Below, piece after piece: positions 8,531 through 17,178 of a stretch of 64,000 nucleotides of DNA; position 1 is the first letter of the stretch; every line of letters begins with the position of its first letter. The notes beneath the pieces were generated by a model. The model was given only the letters and a program-made list of their open reading frames with translations, was not told the DNA's origin and made no database searches. A program made the position numbers and the translations under genes. Where the stretch lies: positions 10,041 to 74,040 of the forward strand of contig JBDRHA010000006.1 of assembly GCA_043817235.1 (NCBI GenBank), in the 5' to 3' direction. Origin of the DNA: Candidatus Shapirobacteria bacterium (GTDB taxonomy: Bacteria; Patescibacteriota; Microgenomatia; UBA12405; BS750m-G30).

Positions 8531-9699
8531 TGAGAAAAGCTTTTCTTTACTTTTTTATTTTTCTTCTTGCTTTTCGTATTTTTGGCTATTATTTTTCTTT
8601 AGCTTCCGGCTATCAGGCGGGGGATCAGGTGCTAATTCATGCTTGCCTGGATACTCAGCCGAAAATAACAAGCCGCAATCAGATTTTTTCTTTAAGCAAA
8701 CTAAGAATAATAACGTCGCAAAATGAGCAGATAAATTTTGGCGATTGTTTGCAAATTAAAGGCAAAGTGGGAGAAAAGGGCTTTTTGGTTGATCCGGAAA
8801 TTGAGTTTTGGGAGCCAGGTCTAGCAAAAGACTGGCTTAACGGCCTAAAGAAGTTCGGGTTTTGGCTTCAGCAAAAAGCCAAAAGCCATTACAATCATTA
8901 TTTGCCTGAGCCTGTTTCTTCTTTGCTTTCCGGCATTGTTTTGGGAGCCAAATCTAATTTGCCCGTTAATTTTTACCAGAAACTGCAAAATACGGGGACA
9001 TTGCATATCGTGGTTGCCAGCGGTTATAACCTTACTGTTATAAGCCAATATCCGGCTGATTTTTTAGCCTGGTTTACGGGCCGCAAGGCCGCTTTAGTCC
9101 TTGGTGGGGCATTGGTCTGGCTTTATGTATTGGTTGCTGGTTTTCAGCCGCCTATAATTAGAGCGGCATTAATCATTAGCTTAGTTTATCTAGCCCGGTA
9201 TTTAGGTAGGAAATTCGATGTTTGGCGTGGGTTTTGGTTAGTAATAGGCTTGATGCTTATTTTTTCGCCCAGCCTTATAGCAAGTATTTCTTTTCAGTTG
9301 AGCGTTTCGGCGATGTTTGGCTTGCTGTATTTTGAAGATAAGTTCCAAAGATTGAGAAATATTAGGTTCGTTGGCAAAGCGTTAGCCGAATCGCTAAGCG
9401 CTCAATTAATGGTTTTGCCGATTATAGGCTTTCATTTTGGAACTGTTTCCTGGGCTTCGCCATTAATAAATATGCTGGTATTGCCTTTTGTGCCGCTTTT
9501 GATGACATTGGGTCTAATATCTTTGGGAGCAAGACCTTTTTTATATCTTGTTTATCCGGCGGGTTATTTATTAGAGAAAATAATTAATTTTTTTGGCCGA
9601 TTCTCTTTTTTGCAAATTTCTTTTTCCTTTTCTTGGTTTTTGGTAATAATTTATTATTTGATTTTGTTTTATATTTTTGGATGGAGAAAAAAAGACTAG
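8530..9699 (+). CDS. comEC: ComEC/Rec2 DNA-uptake channel, N-terminal membrane part (DUF4131 plus competence domain)
   Basis: Polytopic membrane protein directly after comEA. Continues into the MBL-domain ORF in another frame. Confidence 0.75.
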   Translation: MRKAFLYFFIFLLAFRIFGYYFSLASGYQAGDQVLIHACLDTQPKITSRNQIFSLSKLRIITSQNEQINFGDCLQIKGKVGEKGFLVDPEIEFWEPGLAKDWLNGLKKFGFWLQQKAKSHYNHYLPEPVSSLLSGIVLGAKSNLPVNFYQKLQNTGTLHIVVASGYNLTVISQYPADFLAWFTGRKAALVLGGALVWLYVLVAGFQPPIIRAALIISLVYLARYLGRKFDVWRGFWLVIGLMLIFSPSLIASISFQLSVSAMFGLLYFEDKFQRLRNIRFVGKALAESLSAQLMVLPIIGFHFGTVSWASPLINMLVLPFVPLLMTLGLISLGARPFLYLVYPAGYLLEKIINFFGRFSFLQISFSFSWFLVIIYYLILFYIFGWRKKD

Positions 9700-10571
9700 T
9701 TGTTTTTTTACTGCTGGGGTTAATTATTTTATTTTGCCTCCAAAGGCCGGATAAGAATTTTCATGTTGTTTTTTGTGATGTGGGAGAAGGGGACGCGATT
9801 TTATTGATCCAAAAGAATAATCAGATTTTAGTAGACGGTGGACCGGGTTCTTCTGTTTTGAAGTGTTTGAGTAATAATGTCCCTTTTTGGGATCGGAAGC
9901 TAGAAGCAGTTCTCTTAACCCATCCGGACGCTGATCATTATTCCGGCTTAATTGAAGTTTTAAAAAGATACAAAATAGAAAATTTTTTTGCTCCGCCTTT
10001 AGGTCAAAAAAACGATCTGTCTTTTAAAAAACTTATTTCTTTGTTAATTGATCAAAAAATTACTCCACAAGCTTTAACTCAAGGAGATAAAATTAGAGTT
10101 GGTTTGATTGATTTTGATATTTTTTGGCCGACTAAAAATAAACTAAAAGAACTAGAGACATTTCAAGATATCTCTAGTTTTCAAAACGGCTTTTGGTTAA
10201 TAAGTGAGAGCTTGGTTAACAATAATGAGTTTTCTTTGGTTGCTCGAGCTACTTTCGACCAATTTGATCTATTGTTAACCGGTGACTTGCCAAGTAACTT
10301 AAGCCAAACTTTAGCCTGGCAAAATAAACTGCCCCAAGTAGAGATATTAAAGGCCAGCCATCATGGATCGGGAGCAGATAACCCGGATGAGCTCTATGAT
10401 AAGACTAACCCCAAGCTGGTGGCTATCAGTGTGGGCGAAAATAATTATGGTCACCCAGGTAAAGAGCTTTTGGAAAAACTCAAAAAACTGAATATTCCCG
10501 CCAAAAGAACCGATGAAAAAGGGGACATTGAGATTATTTCGGACGGAAAGTCTTGGTGGGTGGCCGACTAG
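9633..10571 (+). CDS. comEC: ComEC C-terminal metallo-beta-lactamase domain, either frameshifted relative to 8530-9699 or a genuinely separate polypeptide
   Basis: HVVFCDVGEGDAILLIQ...VDGGPG...LLTHPDADHYSGL...LKASHHGS are MBL motifs typical of the ComEC C-terminus. 67-nt overlap with the preceding ORF in a different frame. Confidence 0.75.
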   Translation: MVFGNNLLFDFVLYFWMEKKRLVVFLLLGLIILFCLQRPDKNFHVVFCDVGEGDAILLIQKNNQILVDGGPGSSVLKCLSNNVPFWDRKLEAVLLTHPDADHYSGLIEVLKRYKIENFFAPPLGQKNDLSFKKLISLLIDQKITPQALTQGDKIRVGLIDFDIFWPTKNKLKELETFQDISSFQNGFWLISESLVNNNEFSLVARATFDQFDLLLTGDLPSNLSQTLAWQNKLPQVEILKASHHGSGADNPDELYDKTNPKLVAISVGENNYGHPGKELLEKLKKLNIPAKRTDEKGDIEIISDGKSWWVAD

Positions 10572-10852
10572 CAAAAAATCACACACTCGGTGTGAATTCG
10601 AACCACACCGGGCGTGTGGGAAGCGGGGTGTCGTCGCGAGAGGTGTTCAGTGTCATTGCGGGGCTCGCAATGACAGTCCAAATAGTCATCCCGAGCGCAG
10701 TCGAGGGATCTTTTGAACCAGAAAAAAGGTCGGTTAGTTTCCAAAGATTCCTCGGCTACGCCCCGCAGTTGCGGGGCTGCGCTCGGAATGACACTGAAAA
10801 CAGATTCCCGATCAGGTTGAGAATGACAAAGGAGGTCAGAGTGAGGCTGTAA
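10572..10852. repeat. MITE-like palindromic repeat cluster
   Basis: cacactcggtgtgaattcgaaccacaccgggcgtgtg hairpin, gtcattgcggggctcgcaatgaca, gtcatcccgagcgcagtcgagggatctttt and cgccccgcagttgcggggctgcgctcggaatgacac. Confidence 0.8.
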
Positions 10853-10905
10853 TGACAAAAACCCTGACAATAACATTTCGATTTTAAGACCTTATTTGTC
10901 AAAAT

Positions 10906-11166
10906 ATGCTATATTCAATCATGGTTTATCTTTGGGATTATGATTTAAAAAAGCTAAAGAAAAACAAGAGCGAGCGGGCGAAAATTTTTCTTTTGGAAAG
11001 AATGATAAATTATGGCCCTGGCAAAGAAAAAATAGACTTAAAAGAAGTGAAAAAATATTGGGATAAACTCAATTTGTTTAAACTGCAAAGACGTTTATTT
11101 GAACTATTAATATGGGGAAAATATCAATCCTCACCCCGGACCAAAAAGCCTTTCTGGCGGGGTTGA
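10906..11166 (+). CDS. hypothetical small protein upstream of, and overlapping, the AbiEii-like gene. Possible cognate antitoxin or a fragment.
   Basis: Position only; no recognisable motif. Confidence 0.2.
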   Translation: MLYSIMVYLWDYDLKKLKKNKSERAKIFLLERMINYGPGKEKIDLKEVKKYWDKLNLFKLQRRLFELLIWGKYQSSPRTKKPFWRG

Positions 11167-11768
11167 AGAAAAATCATTATTTTTGCGATAATTTTTACTT
11201 TACTGGAGGCACTGCTTTGGCTGAGTATTATCTTAGCCATCGTTTATCAGAGGATTTAGACTTTTTTTCCGACAAAAGATTTGACAATCATAGGGTGTTG
11301 GGTGGAATAAGAGACTTAAGCAAACTTCTTAATTTTAGCTTTAATTCCCATTTTGCGGAGCCTGCTTACAGTTTTTTTCTCAAGTTTTCTTCTCATTCTC
11401 CAACGAAAATTGACTTTGGTTTTTTCCCTTATCCTAGGTTGGGAAAGAGATTGAAGAAGCAGGGAATTTTGATTGATAGTCAGCTGGATATTGCTGTTAA
11501 TAAATTAATGACTATCTCCCAAAGAACGGATATCAAAGATTTTGTTGATCTTTACTTTTTGCTTGATAAATATTCTTTTTGGGATTTGTTTAGGGGAGTG
11601 GAGGCAAAATTTAAGCAAGAACTTAACCCTTTAATTATTGCTTCTGATTTCTTAAAAATTGAAGAGTTTAATTTCTTGCCGAAAATGATTAGATCTCTCG
11701 AGTTAGAAGATCTGAAAATTTTTTATCGCAAATTAGCAAAAAGATTGGGGAAAAAGAGTTTGCAATAG
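11112..11768 (+). CDS. AbiEii/DUF1814-family nucleotidyltransferase (type IV TA / abortive-infection toxin family)
   Basis: FTGGTALAEYYLSHRLSEDLDFF matches the GGTAL...R.S.DiD nucleotidyltransferase core of the AbiEii family (from memory). Confidence 0.55.
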   Translation: MGKISILTPDQKAFLAGLKKNHYFCDNFYFTGGTALAEYYLSHRLSEDLDFFSDKRFDNHRVLGGIRDLSKLLNFSFNSHFAEPAYSFFLKFSSHSPTKIDFGFFPYPRLGKRLKKQGILIDSQLDIAVNKLMTISQRTDIKDFVDLYFLLDKYSFWDLFRGVEAKFKQELNPLIIASDFLKIEEFNFLPKMIRSLELEDLKIFYRKLAKRLGKKSLQ

Positions 11769-12030
11769 CTTGAGCAAGAGATTCAAGATCACTCCGAACG
11801 TCCACGCTTTCTGGAGCACAAACAAATTCAATATTTTGGGCAGGGTCGTAATTATGATGAAGCTGGTCAGCTAGCATCACTCCGCGGGCGCGGTTGAGCA
11901 GACGCTCTGCATAGCCAAGATCGGCAGTTTCTAGGCCAGGCAGCACTGAATAAATTAAAGCCTCTTTTGCCGCTGCGGGTCGGACTGGGTAGGAGCGAAT
12001 AGAAATAATGTCTTTTCTTTCTGGGGTCAT
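11689..12030 (-). CDS. hypothetical protein; overlaps the AbiEii gene 3' end by 80 nt on the opposite strand
   Basis: 113-aa ORF with ordinary composition and no recognised motif; may be spurious. Confidence 0.2.
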   Translation of the reverse strand: MTPERKDIISIRSYPVRPAAAKEALIYSVLPGLETADLGYAERLLNRARGVMLADQLHHNYDPAQNIEFVCAPESVDVRSDLESLAQAIANSFSPIFLLICDKKFSDLLTREI

Positions 12031-12051
12031 GAATGATTATAGCAATGGGTG

Positions 12052-12345
12052 AGTGTCATTGTGAAGGGCGTTGCCATCCCCGCGAAGGCGGGGTTCTCGT
12101 TATTCCCGCGCAGGCCGAGAGTCTCTGTCATCCCTGCGCAGGCGGGGATCTATGAAATAATCATATAGATTCCCGATCAGGTCGGGAATGACAAAGAGGA
12201 TGTCATCCCGAGCGCAGTCGAGGGATCTTTTGAACCAGAAAAAAGGTCGGTTAGTTTCCAAAGATTCCTCGGCTGCGCCCCGCGATTCGCGGGGCTGCGC
12301 TCGGAATGACACTGAAAACAGATTCCCAATCAGGTTGAGAACGAT
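12052..12345. repeat. MITE-like palindromic repeat cluster
   Basis: gccatccccgcgaaggcggggttc, gtcatccctgcgcaggcggggatc, gtcatcccgagcgcagtcgagggatctttt and cgccccgcgattcgcggggctgcgctcggaatgacac. Confidence 0.8.
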
Positions 12346-12376
12346 ATTATTGGCGTAAATTTGCTATTATTTTCCT

Positions 12377-13420
12377 ATGTCCGAAGCAGGTGAGAGCAGT
12401 AACTTTTCTACGAAAATAAGCCGACGCAAATTTTTGGCAGGGGTGGGGGCAACGGCTGGAGTAGCCATGATCGATTCTTTAACCAATCAACGATTTAGCA
12501 AAGCAGCCGGGAGTAAAGTGGCTGGAGCCCTTGAAGTTTCGCGCTCTTTGAGAGAATCAGCGGCTGATTATCGTCTTGACGAAGTAAGCATATCCCAGCA
12601 AGAGGAAGTATTATCCGAGCCAAGCTTTCAAATTGAGCGCTTATTAGTAAAAGTAAAAGGGGAAAATCGGGACTTTGAAGCGGTTTTGGCGACTTTTAAT
12701 CCGCAAGCCCAAGCAAGCATCGAAAAAACAGAAGATTTTCGCCGCGAGAGCTTATTGGCCGCCAAGCAGCCGCGGCTTGTCGGCCCGGTGGGCTATTTAC
12801 AGGGTGATTATCATCGGGATGCCGTAGTTTCGGAGCAAGAAAGAAGAGTGAGTTTAAAGTTAGCTGGTCGAGATTCAAGAGGAGAAAATTATGGAGAAAA
12901 TGAAATTGTGGATCGATTCCCAGGTTTGAGGCCCGAAATTAATTCTGCTTCTGGGGGTTTAATTATTGACCAGCAGGGAAAAGTTAGACTAGGCAATAAA
13001 AAAGAACTGATCCAAGCTCAAAGTGAAGGAAGACCATTTTTGCAAATGGTTTATTACCTTGATAATCAAAATCAAGAACAGGTTTTAAGCCAAAAATGGC
13101 ATCACTTTGGCAAAGAACTGGAAATAGGCAATACTAGCTATTTTTTTGGTGCATATGTTGAGTATGTGAAAGAGGGCGCTTGGCGTAGTGGTTATGTTGT
13201 CTTTGATAAAGACATGGTTCCGATTAGACATTTAGTGAAGCTAGTGGAAGGGTTGTCAGAAACTAGTGACTTTCGCTTAGCCCTGGCTGACGCTGGCAAC
13301 GGCTCTTCTTTATTAGTTAGCAGTGATAAGCTGGAGGAATCTAAGGCGGCTTATGGCGTCAATGAATTTAATACTCATTATTCCCCTTTAGGGGTAGTTA
13401 TTGAAGGAGGTGAGAGCTAG
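12377..13420 (+). CDS. secreted protein with twin-arginine (Tat) signal peptide; mature domain unknown
   Basis: N-terminus ...KISRRKFLAGVGATAGVAMIDSL fits the S/T-R-R-x-F-L-K Tat motif followed by a hydrophobic h-region. Confidence 0.55.
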   Translation: MSEAGESSNFSTKISRRKFLAGVGATAGVAMIDSLTNQRFSKAAGSKVAGALEVSRSLRESAADYRLDEVSISQQEEVLSEPSFQIERLLVKVKGENRDFEAVLATFNPQAQASIEKTEDFRRESLLAAKQPRLVGPVGYLQGDYHRDAVVSEQERRVSLKLAGRDSRGENYGENEIVDRFPGLRPEINSASGGLIIDQQGKVRLGNKKELIQAQSEGRPFLQMVYYLDNQNQEQVLSQKWHHFGKELEIGNTSYFFGAYVEYVKEGAWRSGYVVFDKDMVPIRHLVKLVEGLSETSDFRLALADAGNGSSLLVSSDKLEESKAAYGVNEFNTHYSPLGVVIEGGES

Positions 13421-13722
13421 TGAAAGGTTTTCTGGAATTTGTAAGAAAGCAGGGTGTGGTGGGCCTGGCTGTTGGTTTTATTTTAGGCGGCTCGGTTAAA
13501 GAGGTTGTTTCCGCTTTAATTGAAGATATTATTAATCCTGTTTTAGGAGTTTTGCTGGGTTCTACCAAAGGATTAGCTAGTGCCAGTTTAAAGCTTGGGC
13601 CGTTGGAGCTTTTGTGGGGGCATTTTGTTTCTGTTTTAATTGACTTTTTGGTAGTCGCTTTTGTAGTTTATTTTGGAATTAAGGGTTTGGGGTTAGAAAA
13701 GCTGGATAAAAAGAAGAAATAA
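13420..13722 (+). CDS. mscL: large-conductance mechanosensitive channel MscL
   Basis: MKGFLEFVRKQGVVGLAVGFILGGSVKEVVSALIEDIINPVLG...VLIDFLVVAFVVYFGIK is the canonical MscL TM1/TM2. GTG start overlaps the upstream stop. Confidence 0.85.
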   Translation: MKGFLEFVRKQGVVGLAVGFILGGSVKEVVSALIEDIINPVLGVLLGSTKGLASASLKLGPLELLWGHFVSVLIDFLVVAFVVYFGIKGLGLEKLDKKKK

Positions 13723-13766
13723 TTTGAATTTAGGCTTGCTGGCTGATAAAATCAATGGTCTTTTTC

Positions 13767-13840
13767 GCGCCCGTAGCTCAGTTTGGCAGAGCACCTGCCT
13801 TTTAAGCAGTGGGTCGGGGGTTCGAATCCCTCCGGGCGCA
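13767..13840 (+). tRNA. tRNA-Lys (anticodon TTT)
   Basis: Manual cloverleaf: acceptor GCGCCCG/CGGGCGC, D arm GCTC-AGTTTGGCA-GAGC, anticodon loop CTTTTAA, T arm GGGGG-TTCGAAT-CCCTC. No CCA encoded. Confidence 0.8.
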
Positions 13841-13935
13841 CTAAGTTTGCCCCTAATTATTATATAGGACTTTTGGTCATTGACAATATAGGATACTGGT
13901 TATTATTCGTTTCTTAGTGATATACTTTAATCAAA

Positions 13936-16641
13936 ATGACTAAACGAGATTTTAAAAAGCAGGAAAATAAGTGGCAAGTTGTTTGGGAAAAACAGGGCTG
14001 GTATCGGGCTAAGGATTTTGAAAAAAGGAAAAAGAAAAAATATGTTTTAGTTGAGTTTCCTTATCCTTCCGGCGAGGGTTTGCATATCGGCCATGCCTTT
14101 TCTATGACTGGCGCAGATATTTACGCTCGCTTTTGCCGGATGAGTGGTTTTAATGTTCTTTTTCCCATGGGTTGGGATGCTTTTGGCTTGCCTACGGAAA
14201 ATTACGCCATTAAAACCGGCATTTCGCCCCAAAAAGCGACCAAAAAAAACACTGATAATTTTCGGCGGCAGATGAAAAAGCTGGCTTTTTCTTTTGACTG
14301 GAGCCGGGAAATCAATACCACTGATCCGGATTATTATCGCTGGACGCAGTGGATTTTTATTCAGCTTTTTAAAAAAGGTTTGGCCTATAAAGAAGAAAAG
14401 CCAATAAATTGGTGTCCTTCCTGTCGAATTGGGCTGGCCAACGAGGAAGTGATTGACAGCAAGTGCGAGCGATGTGGGGCACAAACTCTTAAAAAGAATA
14501 TTAACCAGTGGATTGTTAAAATCACTGATTATGCTGAGCGCTTAATTTCCGGGCTGGAAGAAACTACTTTTGTTTCTAAAGTAAAAGCGGCTCAAATTAA
14601 CTGGATTGGCAGGAGTGAGGGGGCAAGGGTGAAGTTTAAACTTTCTCAAGACTCGGTCTCAATTTTGCGGTGCTCATCCCGCAGTGGCGGGACTCCTAAA
14701 ATTGAAACCTCGTCAGCTTTCTTGGAGGTTTTTACTACCCGTCCTGATACTTTATGGGGAGCGACTTTTATGGTGCTTTCTCCCGAGCACCGCCTTGTGG
14801 CGGAAATTCTAAATTCTAAATCCGAAGCTCCTGCCTCGCCGGCAGGCGGGCCAAATAAATCAAAAATTTCAAATTCTAATATTGAAGAAATTAAGAAATA
14901 TGTTAATCGGGCGAGGAGAAAGACAGATTTAGAAAGAGCCGAGCTGGAAAAAGAGAAAACCGGGGTCTTTACCGGGATTTATGCCCTAAATCCAGCGAAT
15001 AACGAAAAAATTCCGGTTTGGGTATCGGATTTTGTTTTAAGCACTTATGGTACCGGGGCGATTATGGCCGTGCCCGCTCATGACCAGCGGGATTTTGCTT
15101 TTGCTAAAAAATATAATCTGCCGATTATTCCGGTCATCAAGCCGCCGAAAAAATGGGACTTTGGTAAAGAGCCTTATGTGGATGTGGATCGGGGGGCAAT
15201 GATTAATTCCGGCCCGATTAATGGATTGGCACCGAAAGAGGCGATTAAAAAGACTTTAAATATACTAGAAAAAAAAGAAGCAGGGAAAAAAGCAATTGAT
15301 TATCACTTGCGCGATTGGATTTTTTCCCGCCAGCATTATTGGGGAGAGCCAATACCCATGACTTATTGCGCCAGATGCGGTTGGCAGCCGGTTAAAGAAT
15401 CGGATTTGCCGGTGGAATTGCCAAAGGTAAAAAAATATGAGCCGACTAAAACCGGAGAATCGCCTTTGGCCAATATTAGGGATTGGGTTAATGTTACGTG
15501 CCCAGTTTGTGGAGGTAAAGCTGAGCGGGAAACCGACACCATGCCTAATTGGGCCGGTTCAGATTGGTACTACCTCGCCTATTGCTTCGCAGGCAAACTC
15601 GGAAATTACAAATTACAAATTCCAAAGACCAAACAAATTACAAATTCCAATAACCAAAAACTAAAAAGTTTGGATACTTGTAATTTGGAGCTTGGAAATT
15701 CTCAAAATATTTTTGAGTCTTCAAAAGATGTTTTGAGCCATTGGCTGCCGGTGGATGTTTATGTGGGCGGAGACGAACATAATACTTTGCACCTGCTTTA
15801 TTCCCGGTTTATTTACCAGTTTTTGCGGGATCTGGGAGTAGTGCCCAAATCTATTCCCGAGCCTTATTATTGGCGGCTTTCCCATGGAGTAATTTTAGGG
15901 GCAGACGGGAGTCGTATGAGCAAATCGCGGGGCAACATAGTGGAGCCGGACAAGCTTTGGGAAAAATACGGCGTGGATGCTTTGCGCACTTATATGATGT
16001 TCATGGGCCCGTTTGAGGGAACGATTGTTTGGAATGATAATGCTTTAAAAGGGGTGGTGCGTTTTTTGGATAGATTTTATGATTTCGTAATAACTCCCGA
16101 GGTAGGCCTTGATTCCTCGAGAGCTGCTTCGAGTCCCGGAACTCCCGAGGTAGGCCTTGATTCCTCGGGAGTTGAGGTTGTTGCAATAAATAAGCTTGTT
16201 AATAAAGTTTCTCGTGACTTGTCTAGTTTTCAGTTTAATACGGCAATAGCGGCGATGATGGAATGGCTTAATCAGGCTGAAAAAGAGGCTTGGCAATTAA
16301 AAGACGAAGAAAAAAGAATTTTAATTCAGTTGATTGCACCGTTTGCTCCATATACGTCTGAAGATCTTTGGGAAAATTTGGGAGGAAAAGGGAGTGTGCA
16401 TTGGAGCAAATGGCCAGAAGTGGAAAAAAAGGCTCTTCGAGAAGAAGAGGTGGTTATTGCTGTTCAAGTTAATGGGAAGTTGAGAGCAACAATACAGCTT
16501 AAAACTAAAAGCTTAAAGCTTAAAGCCAGAATAGAAGAAAAAGCAAAGAAAGAAGAAAAAGTCGCAAAATACTTAAAAGGCAAGAAAATAATCAAAACTA
16601 TTTACATCCCGGGAAGATTAATTAACTTTGTGGTAAAGTAA
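13936..16641 (+). CDS. leuS: leucyl-tRNA synthetase
   Basis: HIGH motif PYPSGEGLHIGHAF; KMSKS motif SRMSKSRGN; TTRPDT editing-domain motif. Carries low-complexity and palindromic in-frame insertions (see findings). Confidence 0.95.
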   Translation: MTKRDFKKQENKWQVVWEKQGWYRAKDFEKRKKKKYVLVEFPYPSGEGLHIGHAFSMTGADIYARFCRMSGFNVLFPMGWDAFGLPTENYAIKTGISPQKATKKNTDNFRRQMKKLAFSFDWSREINTTDPDYYRWTQWIFIQLFKKGLAYKEEKPINWCPSCRIGLANEEVIDSKCERCGAQTLKKNINQWIVKITDYAERLISGLEETTFVSKVKAAQINWIGRSEGARVKFKLSQDSVSILRCSSRSGGTPKIETSSAFLEVFTTRPDTLWGATFMVLSPEHRLVAEILNSKSEAPASPAGGPNKSKISNSNIEEIKKYVNRARRKTDLERAELEKEKTGVFTGIYALNPANNEKIPVWVSDFVLSTYGTGAIMAVPAHDQRDFAFAKKYNLPIIPVIKPPKKWDFGKEPYVDVDRGAMINSGPINGLAPKEAIKKTLNILEKKEAGKKAIDYHLRDWIFSRQHYWGEPIPMTYCARCGWQPVKESDLPVELPKVKKYEPTKTGESPLANIRDWVNVTCPVCGGKAERETDTMPNWAGSDWYYLAYCFAGKLGNYKLQIPKTKQITNSNNQKLKSLDTCNLELGNSQNIFESSKDVLSHWLPVDVYVGGDEHNTLHLLYSRFIYQFLRDLGVVPKSIPEPYYWRLSHGVILGADGSRMSKSRGNIVEPDKLWEKYGVDALRTYMMFMGPFEGTIVWNDNALKGVVRFLDRFYDFVITPEVGLDSSRAASSPGTPEVGLDSSGVEVVAINKLVNKVSRDLSSFQFNTAIAAMMEWLNQAEKEAWQLKDEEKRILIQLIAPFAPYTSEDLWENLGGKGSVHWSKWPEVEKKALREEEVVIAVQVNGKLRATIQLKTKSLKLKARIEEKAKKEEKVAKYLKGKKIIKTIYIPGRLINFVVK

Positions 16642-16642
16642 G

Positions 16643-16753
16643 TTATTTCTTCTTGTTAGAATTCTTTTTGATCAGGCTGGCAATTGCGCTTAGAATCGCC
16701 GCAATTCCCAAGACTTTAAGAATTCCCGAACAGCATTTTTTCTTTTTCGCCAT
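16643..16753 (-). CDS. possible 36-aa small hydrophobic peptide (MAKKKKCCSGILKVLGIAAILSAIASLIKKNSNKKK)
   Basis: Found by manual reverse-strand reading; ATG at 16751-16753, TAA at 16643-16645. Single TM-like helix with charged ends. Below the ORF-track cutoff. Confidence 0.2.
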   Translation of the reverse strand: MAKKKKCCSGILKVLGIAAILSAIASLIKKNSNKKK

Positions 16754-16778
16754 TTATATTTTTTAAACTAATAATAGA

Positions 16779-16801
16779 TTGTCATTGCGTTCGCAATGAC
16801 A
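16779..16801. repeat. minimal MITE terminus palindrome TGTCATTGCG-TT-CGCAATGACA
   Basis: Perfect 10-bp inverted repeat. These are the same termini as the larger elements, with nothing between them. Confidence 0.8.
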
Positions 16802-16863
16802 ATAATTTCATGATATCAAAAAGAAAAGAGAACGGACTGCCACAAAACTATTTTAACATATTC

Positions 16864-16893
16864 TTGACAAGAATGAATGTGCGATTGTACAAT
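16864..16893 (+). promoter_or_regulatory. sigma-70-like promoter for the RHH-VapC module: TTGACA, 18-nt spacer, TACAAT
   Basis: TTGACA at 16864-16869 and TACAAT at 16888-16893. GGAGG at 16901-16905 lies 6 nt before the ATG at 16912. Confidence 0.55.
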
Positions 16894-16911
16894 GGTATCG
16901 GAGGATAAGAA

Positions 16912-17178
16912 ATGAATTATGTAGCAACCAATATCCGTTTTCCGGAAGAGGACTGGAAGTATTTTAAAATCAAGGCCTTGGAGGCTAGGAAAAGTTTGGC
17001 TGCTTGGATCAGAGATTCTTTAAGAGAAAAAGAGGGCTTAACTAAAAAAACTGTCAAAAGCCAAGAGAAAGATTCTTTTTGGGAATTTCCTGAACTTTTG
17101 AAAAAGAATAAAATTAGAGATAAGGCGCCCAAAAATCTTTCTTTAAATCTTGATCAATATCTTTATGGCCAAGAATAA
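16912..17178 (+). CDS. vapB: ribbon-helix-helix (CopG-like) antitoxin, partner of the downstream PIN toxin
   Basis: NIRFPEEDWKYFKIKALEARKSLAAWIRDSL follows the beta-strand-then-helix pattern of RHH antitoxins. Overlaps the PIN gene start. Confidence 0.55.
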   Translation: MNYVATNIRFPEEDWKYFKIKALEARKSLAAWIRDSLREKEGLTKKTVKSQEKDSFWEFPELLKKNKIRDKAPKNLSLNLDQYLYGQE

